Below the pieces are notes generated by a model. The model was given only the letters and a program-made list of their open reading frames with translations. It was not told where the DNA came from and made no database searches. The position numbers and the translations under genes were made by a program. Below are positions 1-13,505 of a DNA stretch of 64,000 nucleotides, in pieces. The DNA comes from Lama glama (lineage: Eukaryota), in NCBI GenBank assembly GCA_028534125.1, contig CM052818.1, positions 29,018,001 through 29,082,000 of the forward strand. The letters run 5' to 3'. Within the stretch, counting starts at the first letter, position 1; each line of letters opens with the position of its first letter.

Positions 1-59
1 TAAAGGTGCTAGTCCCCTTATAAGGTTAGTTCTCCCCACACTTTAGTTCCCAGGAAATT

Positions 60-335
60 TATTCTTTCAAAAGCAGCTCAAATATCACTTTTTCTGTGAA
101 GGCTTCCCTAATTGCTATCCTCCCACTTTTATTCCCCCATCCCTTCTCTGTGATCCCAAAGCACACTGTACATATCTGAACATCACACAGCTCAGGATGC
201 AGAATCCTTCCTTGTTTAAATATCTGTCTTACACTTTATATCACAGCCATGTCATATCTATTTCTGGGCCCCAGCACTGAGCATGGGGTTTGACAAGCTG
301 GAAAGCACTTTATAGATATTCCTTGAACAAATGCA
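60..335 (+). mobile_element. L2 LINE 3' fragment
   Basis: 'cagctcaaatatcactttttctgtgaaggcttccct' ... 'cccagcactgagcatggggtttgac' ... 'ttgaacaaatg' resembles the L2 3' end. Confidence 0.6.
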
Positions 336-454
336 CTCATATATGGGTCAATAATCAAATAGCCTTTGTGGCTATGGTAAGTAGCCTGGGAGCATTTTAG
401 GGTTAAAAATGTACAAAACAGAAGGGAAGACTGATGCTCCTCTGAATAAATATT

Positions 455-880
455 AAAATCCTTCTAATGATACATTCAGTTAAAAGGAATGAACTGGAAC
501 TACAAGCATCAACATGGATAAATCTCAAAACAATGAGTCAGAAAAAGAGGTTGTAAAATGATACACGATACCATTTTTATATATTTTTGAAATATTAAAA
601 ACAGTGCTGTATATTATTTTTCTATTTTGTATAGTAATGATAATTGGTTAACAGCACGCAAAGGAATGATAATCACTAATTCAAGGTAATGGTTACTTCT
701 GGGACAGAAAGGAGAATAGAATTAGTGAGAGCCACTCATGATGCTTTAACTATCTGTATGTCTTAATTCAGAAAAATATATATATAAAGCAAATGTGGCA
801 AAATAAATCGACCTGACCTGATGGAATTTGGTAATGTGTTTATGATATTCCACGTGTTTGAACTATTTTATAATAAAATA
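455..880 (+). mobile_element. Old L1 (L1ME-like) 3' UTR fragment
   Basis: 'cagttaaaaggaatgaactggaactacaagcatcaacatggataaatctcaaaa' and 'ttcaaggtaatggttacttctggg' are typical of old L1 3' ends. Confidence 0.7.
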
Positions 881-2659
881 TTTATATATTGATTAACTGT
901 GCCATCTTAGGGAAGAGCGTAACCCTGAGGGAACAGGTAATGCTGCCTTTCAGGTGCAAAAACTGAAAGTCACAGGGAATTTGCAGGAGAGGATTAAGGT
1001 CTGAAATTGTAGTGTGTTTTCTCAGGAGAGGGGGTGCCCCCAACTGAGGTATCTATTTCACTGTTGAGCTTGGGGCTGCCTTAAAGAAAATGTCATTGTC
1101 CCAGTCCAGGGGCCGTGGGCACCCAGTGGGGCTTCAGGATACTCCTCCACGTGCCCCTGTCCAATGCCCTCTATACAGCATTAAAGCTCCCCCCCACCCA
1201 GCTGGGTAGAAGCAGCCCAGATGAACTGGAACTGGACAAGCAAGTTGAACATTTACTCAAAAAAAAAAAAAAAAACTCAGCTTGCCCTTTCCAGGTCAGA
1301 GGCAGCCAGGGCACTGGATCAGGAGTAGAGCTCTCCCCGTGGGGTCTCAGCCCCTCCAACCCTCATCTGGACAATGACTGAACTACATACACTGACCTGT
1401 GAGGCCCCACCTTGTGTTTTTCCTAGCTCTAGAAGCAGAGAATCTCAAGGTCTCCTTCCCGTGCCCCTTCCCCTCCACATCTAATCAGTGAAGGGATACC
1501 AAACTTATGTCTAGGTGTAGGGTGTCCATTTTCTTGGACTGGAGTCTCAGAGAGACTCAGAGAGACTCCAGAGAGAAAAACGAAACAAAAAACAATGAAG
1601 AGGTAAAATTAAAACTAAAATTACAGACTGATACTTGTGTAACCAAATCTCCCTAATAGTCATTACTCAAACACATAACTAAATTAAATTCAATAGAAAA
1701 AAATCTTAGTAGGTTCATCTTACATCACAAATCAAAATACAATTTTTCATAGTCACAGGTGAGATTGTTATTTGAAATCACAACTGTGTATATGTATGTA
1801 TCTTTTATTGAGTGAGGATTTGTGGGAGCTGCTGTTACAGAGAGGTGAATAAGACACAGTCTATGCTCTCAGGAATTTGCTGTCCATATATTATGAACGA
1901 CTATTCTCATATAGCTGATAGCTTTTAAATGCACTTAACAGAGCATATAAACAGTAACATTTGAACTCACAAATGAAAATCAGCTATTTGATTTGATTTG
2001 ACTGGACTGGATGGTACCATAATTATATCTTTTACATTTTTGCTATGATTACTTTCCTGACCTGTACTGAACAGAGCCCGCAGTCAGTAAACTAGTAGTG
2101 AATCCAGAATGTGCTTCAAATTGATTAAAGAACTGTAATTGCCGCTTACAGGAAGGCAGAGGTCTTTGCAACTACAAATATCTGTGTGTGGCCACTAAAC
2201 ATTCACCCGTATCTAAATTTCGAAGGTTATGGGCAGGGAAATACACAAGGGTGGCTGAAACACTTGACCAGCTACAAATCTGGTAAAATAGAGGACAGTC
2301 TAGTAAATATATGCAGGAATTTAAGTACAGAATATTCTCCCCACTCAGAATTTTTTAGTCGTGGAGGCACTAGAACATTAATGCTAAACATTGTCAAATA
2401 AGCCAGTAACTGAACATTAATGACATGTACCTGTTATCTTAAAATCCATGTGTAGATATAATTTATATAAAATACAGGATGCCTCCAAATATGATGGCCA
2501 AAGACACGTATCACTGAAAATAATATGAGATATCCAAAATGATAACACAGTACCTTCTTGTAACAGTAATGTTTACCTCTTGTTTAAGATGACCACCAGA
2601 CCCAATAATTACAATTTTTCAGGAGAATCTTTTATGTTCCTTCCTATTTGATTTAAGAA

Positions 2660-2790
2660 TTACTTCTACTACAACATCCCTAGTATATGGTTATCTAATG
2701 TCTGCTTAATAAATCATGGTGGAGAGCTCAGCACTTCAGAAGTAGCCTTTAATGTAACCTAGCTCTGAAAGCCTTTCATTACTCTTCATG
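2660..2790 (-). mobile_element. CR1/L3 relic
   Basis: 'ctacaacatccctagtatatggttatctaatgtctgcttaat...ggagagctcagcacttc' resembles the reverse-complemented L3 3' region. Confidence 0.45.
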
Positions 2791-2814
2791 TTGCAGTGCA
2801 TCGTCATGTGAATA

Positions 2815-3012
2815 TTTGGAATTCAGAGTAAGAAACAGCTGATCCGAACCTCACACTACTGGTGTAATCTTAGGCATAATTCTGAAAGTCTCTGTTTCCC
2901 AATCTATAAATGGGGATAATAACAATACCATTTCATAGAATTGCTGTGAGAATTAAGTGGGGAGAGCGTATAAAGCAGTAAACAATGAATGAAACTTAGT
3001 GCTTAATAGATA
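2815..3012 (+). mobile_element. MIR SINE
   Basis: MIR core 'tctctgtttcccaatctataaatggggataataacaatacc...ttgctgtgagaattaag'. Confidence 0.75.
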
Positions 3013-3133
3013 CTCTTACTGATCACAATTCTAATGTTTGTTGTTGTTGTTACATTATGTGACTACTCTGGGGCATTATTCCTGTTCACCACACCTTCCC
3101 TTTGAAACTCTTTCTTGCCTTGTTTTTCCACGA

Positions 3134-4903
3134 TGTTGCAATAAGAAAGCAAAAATTTTCCGGTACTCATTTTAGGTTCTTGGCTAGGGCTCTGTAACAA
3201 AAATTAAATCAACAAGAGAAAAGCACATAAATTTATTTAGAATAAGTTTGACATGACATAAAGGCCCTCATAAGTAAGTAAAGACCCAAAGAAGTGTGAA
3301 ACAATCTTAGTACCTACATATTAGGTAGAACAAAGAGAAGCAGTTGTGAGATGCTCAGTATCACTAATCATCAGAGAAATGCAAATCAAAACCACAATGA
3401 GATATCATCTTACACCTATCAGAATAGTTATTATCAAAAAGACAACAAATAACAAGTGTTGGTGAGGATTTGGAGAAAAGGGAACATTTGTGCACCATGG
3501 GTGGGAATGTAAACTGGTGTAGCCACAACAGAAAACAGTATGGAGGTTCCTCAAAATGTTAAAAATAGAACTACCATATAATCCAGCAATTCCACTCCTG
3601 TGTACTTAGCCAAAGAAAACAAAAACATTAATTGAAAAAGATATACGCAACCCTATGTTCACTGCAGCATTATTTACAATAGCCAAGATACGCAAACAAC
3701 CTAAAAGCTCATCAATAGATAAATGTAAAAAGAATATGTGGTATATACATATACACACACATATATTCAATGGAATGTTACTCAGTGCTAAAAAAAAATC
3801 TTCCTATTTGCAACACATAAAAAGACCTAGAGAGTATTATGTTAAGTGAAATAAGTCAGTTAGAAAAAGACAAATACTGTATTTCACTTCTGTGTGGAAT
3901 CTAAGAAACAAAACAAATTAACAAACATAAAATAGAAACAGAGTCAAAGGTACAGAGAATAAGCAGGTGGCTGCCAAAAGGGAGAGGTATAGGGAAAGGA
4001 GGTGAGGGAGATTAAGAGGGACAAACTTCCAGTTACAAAATAAATGAGTCATGGGTATGAAATGTACATGTGGGGAATACAGTCAATAATAATGTAATAT
4101 CTTTGCATGATGGCAGATGGTAACTAGACTTATCATGGTGATCATTTTGAAATGTATAGAAATATCAAATCACTATGTTGTGCACCAGGAACCAACACAG
4201 TGTTGCAGGTCAATAATACTTCAAAAATAAACAAACTCATAGAAAAAAAGTCAAATTTGTTGTTATCAAAGGGAAGGGTCAGGCAAGGGGGAATTAGATG
4301 AAGGTGGTCAAAGGGTGCAAACTTCCAGGTATAAGATAAATAAGTACTAGGGATATAATCTACAACATGATAAATATAATTAACATGGTTATATGTTATA
4401 TATGAAAGTTGTTAAAAGACTAAACCTTAAGAGTTCTCATCACAGGGAAAAATGAGATGATGTTCACTAAACTTACTGTGGTAATCATTTCATGATGTAT
4501 GTAAGTCAAATCATTATGCTGTACATCTTAAACATACATGGTTCTATGTGTCAATTAAATCTCAGTAAAACTGGAAAGAAGAGGGGAAAAGAGAGGCAAC
4601 TGTGGAAAAGTAACCAAAGTACATGGGCAGAATGAGGGAACAGAAGAGTTACGTTAACAAGCCCTGTTTGTACAATTTTCTCAGCCTTGATTCCTCTCTC
4701 TGGTGATAATAATGTTTCCTTCCTCCCTAGTAGAGGGAGAGCATCTTTCAAATGGGAGTTTTATTTCCTGCCTTCAGGGGGAAAAAAGTTGGGCCGGAAG
4801 CTGGAGCATCCTTCTTGCACCTCCTGCTTTTCAAAGACCTTTAGTGCAAAAATCATTATGCTAAAGTGGCACATTTTGGGGTGATATATTCTGCCATCCT
4901 TCA
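3134..4903 (-). mobile_element. ERV1 solo LTR (MER34-like), split by an L1 insertion
   Basis: Minus strand begins TGAAGG...AGAATATATCACCCCAAAATGTGCCACTTTAGCATAATGATT and ends GCAACA (TG..CA); halves 3134-3348 and 4605-4903 join across a TSD. Confidence 0.7.
3349..4587 (+). mobile_element. 5'-truncated L1 (ORF2 C-terminus + 3' UTR; L1MA9-like laurasiatherian lineage)
   Basis: ORF 3655-3849 MFTAALFTIAK..KQPK is L1 ORF2 C-terminus; diverged 17-bp TSD at 3332-3348 and 4588-4604. Confidence 0.92.
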
Positions 4904-5239
4904 TTGCTTTCCTCTGGTTTCCCACCTATGCCTTTGAGTCCTCTCTCTCTGTTAGTTTCTCTTTCTCCACCTACCATACAAAGTCAGAAAACTTAACCAT
5001 AATAGAAATAAAAGATTTATAATAGCCACCACTCCATCCCTGCCCTGTAAAGAGTAAGGATTCTTACTTGCTAGGTCATCTCCTTTTCCTTCCTGTTAAG
5101 TGCAGAAGCAAAGTAAGGAGAAAGAAAATAAATCTAAAGAATTCAAATAGTACAAATTTATTTATAAGAAAAATTTAAGTCAAAAAAGGAAAACAAGAGT
5201 AAAAGCCTTCAAGAGGCAATTCATGGACTGACAAGTGTA

Positions 5240-5930
5240 CTGAACTCTTCATAATCTTTAATCTCTTTAGTAATCAAAGAAACACTTTAGTAATCAAGAA
5301 AATGCAAAGCAAAATATGTATATTGTGTATTTATATTTAATATTTTATATTGTGTATGTATACATATAGTGTATATATGCATTTGTATACAAGCCAAGAT
5401 AAAGCAAAATATCACTTCTATATTCCACTAGTGAGAGTGTAACCCTAGACAGGAATTTTAGTGAATGTATGAAAAGTCTCAACAGTCATACTCTATCTAT
5501 AATTTCACTTTTAGACTTCTATGCAGAATACGTATACATAATGATACGAATTAAATCCTAGATAAATATAATCATTGCAGCATTGCTTATTATAGTAAAC
5601 TTTGAAGACAACTTAAGCATCCAATATTAAGAAATTAAGTATTCGTGACATACAATATATCCATAGACAGAAAATCATTTATCTAACAAAATACTACTAT
5701 AAAGGAATCTAAAATAGGGAAAAATCATTCTGAAAACAGCATTTTTAAAAGTCACCAAACCATATATTCCAAATGTGTAAAATGCATGTATTATACGTAT
5801 ATTCATTTTTTAGAGAGACCTGAAGAAATACCACAAATGTTAGCGATTACAGATCAAAGGAGAGTTGGGGTTACTTTTCTTTTCTTTTACATTTCTTTAC
5901 ATTCCAGTTTTTATAAATGTGTGCATAATT
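5240..5930 (+). mobile_element. Highly decayed L1 (L1ME-like) 3' region
   Basis: 'tagtaatcaagaaaatgcaaa', 'cattgcagcattgcttattatagtaaac', 'ccacaaatgttagcgatta'. Confidence 0.55.
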
Positions 5931-8900
5931 TTTTCCAGTTTTATGGAGAAATAATTGTATGTGTTTAATTTAATGGTTGTAATCATTTCTTGCAAAGACA
6001 GCCAAAATGTCCTTTCCCCAGAGCTCCTATCTCTTCCACACCATGCCTGTTAGCACTGTGTTAATGCTAGATTCTGAACAGCCTTCCCCATGTTGCTCCT
6101 TCTGCCTTTTGAGAGCTGAAATTGTAAAATATTAATCAGATGTTCTCCTTTTAGCACAACAAAATTCTGAGTAGCTACCCAGAGAGTTGAATTGTGTTAT
6201 CACTGGTACATTTTGCTGTTCTGCCTGTTTTATAATCTGAGCAATACATGTACAATTCATAACTTCATCTGCCTATGTAGCGTGTTGACTGCTCTCACAA
6301 GAATATCCCTCTGCTTCTCTCACCTTTTATCCTCACCCACCTCTCTAGTAAGTTCCACTTATACATATTTGAATATTCACCTGAATACCTTTCTTTACTT
6401 CCTCCTTACTATGCCACTTTACTATTCTCCTCCCAACCATTATCGATTCTCTCATTTACTCAGTTATTGAACTTTAATACATTTTTATTAGGGTGTATCA
6501 TGTACAAGGCACAAAGAAACACATAAAACAAAACAAAAAACAAAGACACTTCTTGCCTTAGAGTATACAGGCTCATGGGAAGTCAAAGAAACAAGTAAAC
6601 AGTCACAATATTCTTACACGATTGCTTTAATGGAGGGATATAAATCACACAGTTCTGCCAAACATATGCATCTTCCAAATTCTGGACCTTCCCAGGAAAT
6701 ACATAAAACCTGGAGTTTTAGATTATAGTTAAGCAACCAAACCAAATTAAACTAGACACTGCAAATGCTGAAAATAGTCTTGTTCTATATCAAATATCTG
6801 TTCATATCAAGGAAATAAAATAGAATAAGGGAAATGGATGCAACCTGGCCACTTCAACATTGCTACTACATGTTTTTTGGTCTATGAGAACAATTCAACA
6901 CCCTTCAGGAAACTCAAAATCATGTTAAATAGTCTTGAACTTAAATTGTGCCAAGACTTTTATAAAGGTGCTTTTTCAAGTGATTTAAACATTCTAATGT
7001 TCAGAACTCTTCTCTACATTTGTTAAGTCACCTACAATTGCTTATTTCGAGACTAGTGAATGGTTACAAAAACCCAAATCATTAGAAAACATGAGGATCT
7101 TTACACCATTATGTCTACTGCAGCTGTCAGAACATACTACCATCATTTTTAGCAGGCAGACATCAAAAAGGAACATCTGGTAGAGTTTTCTGTACTGAGC
7201 AGATTACAGACTTGGTTATTAAACCAAAAATATTTGAACATAAATAGCTATTTTAAATGTACATATTTACTCCTCCAAAGCTGAGTCATTGGCAAAGATA
7301 AATTAAATAGCTTTGCAATAATATAGTCTTCATCAATTATCTGATCACACTCAGTATGAACTCCATAGTTGAATGATTTGAGATGATATAAATTTGGCAA
7401 CCTACAAATAGATACCTTTCCACTGAGCCACTGGCTCTAACATATAGAAGGAAAGTAATAATAATATTTTTATTTATAACTGAAATGAACAAATGGATAT
7501 TTAGCAGTCAAGACTTTCATAAACTTTGGTTTCTAAAATGCAGGACATCTGGTCTTGCAGGACTCTTGGTACCTCTGTAGCATATTACACATGAGGATTC
7601 CTTAGAAAAGTAAAGCCACTGTGTAAACATATTTGAATAGTAAGGCTTCTATTACCATAAAAGATATGCAAAGATTCAAAACAGAAAGAATTAAAAATTG
7701 TTTTACCCTGTTCTAAGAGGAATAATTCCTTTAGGAAGTAACTTAGATGGAGCCGATCTATATCCTAATGTGTTTCTCAATTCATATTCAGATGACACAT
7801 CCAGCCATGCTTAAGCCTTGCCTATGTGCCAGAAACCCAGTTTTGCTCTGTTTCTATGGTAAGTCCCTGATGGCCAGTTACTGAAACAACTCTTTTCTGA
7901 CCATGGACACTGAGTCTCTCCATCCTGCTCAGGAAACTTTCTGCCTTGCTTTGGGCCACTATCCACAGAAAGCTGAGGCTCTCTTCAGAGATTTTAAGAT
8001 CCTCATAATTCTGTTACAGTTCCTCACTACTTTCACAATCCACCCTGTTCAGCACAGCAGCAGCTAGAATTTCAGGCAAAAATGTCTCCAAATAAAATAA
8101 GAAGACTTCAGGAAGAAGTCCTTGAAAATTCAATGTATTTCAATGACAGCAAATGCTACAACCTGTTTAGCTCTTGGTGGAAAAAGAATAGTATAGCTTG
8201 AAAAATAGCCAGCACTTATATTTACATTAATTGCACCTTTCCAAATAATACTGCGCTGTTGATGCCTAGAATAGGATTTATGCTGGAAATTCAATTTAGT
8301 GGCTGAAATGAAGCAAGTATTTACAATGTTTCATTGAAAACCTCTTTACCCAAACCTCTCCCATTGTCAGGTTTGCCGAAGGTATTAAAGATGGATGAAG
8401 CCACACATAAACCCGACTCGTTCATTGATAGCCATTTGAAGACTATCCTCTGTACATAAAACTGAGAACTATTGAACAATACTTACTTGTTCATCCATTC
8501 ATTCCTCACCTACCTAATTACTATTTGTGAAATGTCTGTTTATTATTATGAAAGTCACTTCAAACAAACATTTTGAAAAAAGGGTAAAAGAATTCTTTAA
8601 ATCTGTTTAGACCATAAGATCTAACTTAATTCCCTGCCAAAACATTTTACTTACTATTTCATCAACACAGCCAAAAAGCTGAAACAAATATACCACCTAT
8701 GAAACTGGATTTTAGGCTATAATTGCACAAAATGATCTCCAAAAGCCCCTAATGGTTTATATGCATCATTCTGTGAAAAGAACAAACAGGTATATTGAAG
8801 TCTACCCCAATGGTGTATTTGAATATGTTCATGTTTATGTGACTCAAAGGTAAAGTGGTTCATGTGTCTCAACATGAAAATAAAGAGACTGTGAAGAGAT

Positions 8901-8979
8901 CCATTTCCAACAGCACACTGGTGAAGAACTCCAATCAACTCTGCCTCTAAAAATAATTTAAAAGACTAGAGAAATTATT

Positions 8980-11820
8980 AAAGCCTTTTTTAAGATGTTC
9001 CAGATGGATTTTAAAAAATGGTAAGAAATATTCAGAGACCAAAAATTAAGCGGAAACAGGAATTGAAAGAGATTAGCAAGCGACTAAAGTCAGATTTTGT
9101 CGTGAAGCACACCAAAACTGGTGAACCTGACCTTCATTCATCATGACTTCCAGGGACAGAACCAGGGACAGAAATAAAGCCAGGGCCTCTCCAAGTCAGG
9201 AAATCCCACAGAAGACTCCACCCATGAAGCTACCTGTCTAACAACTATGGCCTCAGAGAAAGGTTGGAATAGACCCACATCCTCATCTCAAAGACAGCCA
9301 GAAAACATTACTTGTTGAATTTCAATGCTGAGTGGCAGGAGAAAAATTCTTCTCTCAAAATTCTTAGCTACAAGTCAGTCTTCATGAGTTTTACAGCCCA
9401 AATTCATACTGCCTGATCTGAATGGTCTGAAAAAGCTCAGCAGAGAATTTAATGTAGTGTCTAGAAGTTGGCAGTTGAAAGTTAGAGTGCTGATCGTTCC
9501 CAAAAGTCCCTGGAAAAATGCAAAGAAGTGCCTCAGCAAAAATAGCAAGAAAACTGAGTTGATGGTCAAAAACTACAAAACATACAAGGAAATAGCAGAT
9601 ACAAAAATCAGACCTAAAGAGACCGGATGTTGGAATTATCACATATAAATATAAAATATAAGCTAATTTTATTATATATAAAGAAGTAAAAGAGATGAAA
9701 ATAAAAGTAAAAAACAAGTATTTTTAAATGGCCAAGAATTTTGAAAAAGAATATTTCTAAGAATAGTAATGATAAATGTAGAAAGAGTGATATGATTAAA
9801 ACATAACTGATTAGAAATGATAATAAAAATAACTGATTCAGGCAAGAACTATTAATGGATGGTAGAACTATAGATAAAAGTTTGGGAGTTCAAGATTTGC
9901 AGATACTGACAGGTACATAGAAAATAGATAAGTTTATACTGTATAGCACAGGGAAATATATTCAATGTCTTGTAGTAGCTCATGGTGAGAAAGAATATGA
10001 AAATTAATATATATCTATACTCATATATGACTGAAGAATTGTGCTGTACACCAGAAATTGACTCAACATTGTAAACTGACTATAATTCAACTTTAAAAAG
10101 TTTGATAAAGCACAGAATATTTACATAATCCATAAGTTTCTTTCCACTGATTGCTTATTAATTGCATAAGGGAAAAATGAAAAGTAAACAGTAGACTGGC
10201 TGACACCACTCTTAACCAGGTGATCAAAATTAATAGTCTCAATATTGAAAGAAACTGACATTGTGGTATCAGGCACTGAAAAGGCAACAATATAACTTAT
10301 ACAACATTCTTTGGATCTGGATTCAGGAGAAGAATGTTGCTATAAAAGGAATTATTGGGACAATGATTGAAATTCGAATATGGACTGTGTAGTAAATAAC
10401 AGTACTATATCACTATAAAATTTTGTGACTGTGATAAACATACACACTGACGTATTTAGAGGTGAACTGTCATAATATCTGTAACTTACTCTCAAATGAC
10501 CCAAAATAGAATACCTGTATTGAAGAAGAAAATAAAATGAGGGATGCCATAGCAGATAATCAATACTTTGAATTTTTAGTAGTTAATACACCATGCTAGT
10601 AGCGGAACAGAATAGATCAATGGTACAGATTAAAGGGCCTCAACAAAAGACCCTCACCTATACGAATACAGATGCCTGACAAAAGATGACATTATCTGTG
10701 AATGTGAAAAGGATACCTTTCCATTAAATGGCTTTGAAATAATTAGTATCCATGTGAAAGAAGGGAAACTGGACCCTCACACTATGAAAAGTCAATTCCA
10801 GGGGATTAAATACTTAAATGTGGGGGCAAGGGGAAACTTTTATAAAAAACAATAGAAGAATGCCTATTTCCCTATTTGGAGTTCTTATACCAAGGCAAAA
10901 AGTTCAAACTATAAAGGAAGGATACATTTAAGTACATTACAGTTATGATCTTCTGTTCAACGAAATATTCTGACAGAAGAAAATGAACAAGCAAGCCATG
11001 AAAAAGTGAAGATTAATTCAGTATGTAATGACATATCAAAAATCATGAAAGATAAAAATTCAATAGAAAATGGTTCCAAGACTTAAACAGACAATTCTCC
11101 AAAGAGGAATATTAAAGGGCTAATAAGTTACAAATACACTCAAGTTGATTACTAATCAAAGAATACAAAATAAAACATAATAAAATACCATTTCAAACTT
11201 ACCAGACTAACAAAAATGTACTATGAATATCAAGAGTTACAAAGACATGGGGCAATTAGAACTCTAATACACAGCTGCTATTAGTTGTTAATGTTATGTC
11301 AGAAAATAATTTGTCATTTCTCTGGTGATGTGCTTATGCATGACTCTCCAATTACACTCAGTCTAAGAAACCTGGACAAGAATAGTTCTACCACTATTAA
11401 AACTGGAAACATAAAATACCCATCAACAGTAGAATGATAAATAATTTGTACATTCATACAACAGAATACTACCCATATATTACAATGGAATAATTACAAT
11501 TTAAAATGAACAAACTACAGTAAAAGTAAAAATATGAATAAGTGTCAAGAATACAATGTTAGGAAAAATTTTAAAGCACACAGAAAAGAATCAAAATCTC
11601 TGACTCCTTTTATGTGAAGTTCAAAAACATGGAAAACTAAACAATTTACTACGTAAGAAAAAAGGAAAAAAATGGTATAGAATTGAGGAAGAGAAGCAAG
11701 GAGTCTTCAAAATTACTGGTATTTTCCATTTGTCAAATCAGGTGGTAGGAATACTGTTTCCCCTGTATCTGTTATACTAAACACATATTTTGAAATACTC
11801 TTCTATCTACTTAATAAAAG
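8980..11820 (+). mobile_element. Cluster of old L1 fragments (5'/ORF1-like 8980-9760; L1MC/MD-like 3' end 9840-10520; L1ME-like ORF2/3' UTR 10560-11820)
   Basis: 'ctggctgacaccactcttaaccaggtgatcaaa', 'agaatagatcaatggtacaga', 'ttaaacagacaattctccaaagagga', 'aaactggaaacataaaatacccatcaacagtagaatg'. Confidence 0.75.
9885..10095 (+). mobile_element. Short young L1 3'-end insertion nested in an older L1
   Basis: Shares the 3' UTR seen at 24290-24490, 38060-38290 and 54780-54990; TSD aaaagtttg at 9876-9884 and 10096-10104. Confidence 0.85.
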
Positions 11821-12203
11821 AGAAAGAGAAAGAAGGACTTTGTTTCTAACAAACAATCTAAGTTAGAGAAAACAGGCTAAGCTTCCTATATTGAGATTCT
11901 TGACCATGACATCTGTGCTCTTCCCAAGTGTTACGTTTTTCTTGGTAATCTTTCTCTAGCAGATCTTCAAAGCCAGCAACAACAACAAAAAAAGCTTAAA
12001 CGCAAGCTGTAACACATAGTCATTCATATAAGATAAGGTTCAAATTTTATTTAAACTGTGAAGAGAATAAGAAGGTAAGATGTATGACCTTGACTGAACT
12101 ACTTACATTTGGCACTCACCTAGGTCTGATTGGATCTGATGATAAATAGGCCTGAGTGAATCCAAGATGCCATGTTGTTTTGGATTACTTGTTTTAAAGA
12201 TGT

Positions 12204-12267
12204 ATATACTACACATTTGAAGATATATATACATCTATATATGTGTATCTTCAAATGTGTAGTATAT
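12204..12267. repeat. Perfect 22-bp inverted repeat with 20-nt spacer
   Basis: atatactacacatttgaagata (12204-12225) is the exact reverse complement of tatcttcaaatgtgtagtatat (12246-12267). Confidence 0.95.
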
Positions 12268-12689
12268 TTCATGTGAATGAGCATCTTGGCACTCCAATAA
12301 GAATTTCAACTGAGTCCTGAATTTTTTAGAGGTGTTCTCTCCTACTAGAACATTTGTGCTCTTTATCTGTGTGATTTTCACTTACGATCAGTTCTCCTCC
12401 TGATTAAAATTATCATCACCTCCAACTATTCTCTCTATGAACAATTTCTACACCCAAGGTTGCCAAACTCATTCTTTTATCCTTTCAAAAGGTTCTAAAG
12501 TCCCAGATTTTTCAACCTCCCACCCAAGTAATAGGAAAATAGCTGGTGTTCACCCACTGGTTCCTTCTAGTAAATATATCACAGTCTTCATTCATAGTCT
12601 CTGGCACAGGATTCCAAACATTTTTATGAACATTTTTAGTGCAATAAAAATTTAACTTATATTTTCATTTCAGGCCTGACATTCATAGA

Positions 12690-12790
12690 ATGTGCAATAC
12701 GTAACAATTTCAGCAAAGCCTTGACAGTTTCCCATGATAACACTGAAGACAGATTAAACAAAGGAGATCAAAAGACAGTTGTTACTTGTT
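12690..12790 (+). mobile_element. CR1/L3 relic (RT region)
   Basis: 'atttcagcaaagccttgacagtttcccatgat' matches the CR1 RT motif DFSKAFD.V.H at DNA level. Confidence 0.5.
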
Positions 12791-12954
12791 GATTAATATG
12801 GTACCTTACATATCTTTTTCTGCCTAAAGACTATAACCACTCTGAGGTCAGTGACTACATTTACTTATCATGATACCTTAAAATACCAGACACTCAACAA
12901 ATTTTATGGAATGGAAGAATGAATTAGATATTCAACTGTAAATCTTTATATTAG

Positions 12955-13505
12955 ATACCTTCTGTTTTTGCTGCCAAGGCCTCATTTCTCCAGCTGGTAA
13001 TGGCATTCTCATGTCATGGGTAACCATCTCTTGCACACTTTTGTGTCTATGGTTTGGGCTTCAGCTATCTCAAAGCTCCCAGCTCCTGAAACAGGCATAT
13101 AAAATGGCCTGGTCACTTAGCTCTAGCCGTAGTAACTTATTCAGGGATGGGTACAAGACACAGCCCAGATAAACAAGACTTAAATCCAGGATGGGTGGAA
13201 CTATTGGGAAGAAGCAGCACTCTTTACACTGACAATGTTAACTCTATGGATACTATCAATTTGGAGCTACCAGAGGCCGCCAAATGGACAGAGCCTGCCT
13301 GAAAATACAGCCAGCACAAAACAAAGAAGAGCCAAAATGGAAGGAGTCATAGCCAAAGTCCTAATGAAATTTGTTGAGCCCTAGATCTAGCAATGTGTGA
13401 TGCTGATCGACATTTAAACTCAGAAAATATGAGATAATACAACCTTTTTTAAACCTAATTTGGGTTGTGTTTCTGATCCTTGCAATGAAATGAAATGATT
13501 GATAC
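12955..13505 (+). mobile_element. Old MaLR LTR (MLT1K/L-like)
   Basis: 'ttcagggatgggtaca', 'ttggagctaccagaggcc', 'agcctgcctgaaaatacagccagcaca', 3' 'tttgggttgtgtttctgatccttgcaa'. Confidence 0.6.

Noticed and set aside
5068..5092. Minus-strand 25-nt micro-exon (acttaacag|...CAA|gtaaga)
   Set aside because: Splice-like sites only; this is expected by chance in 64 kb and has no other support
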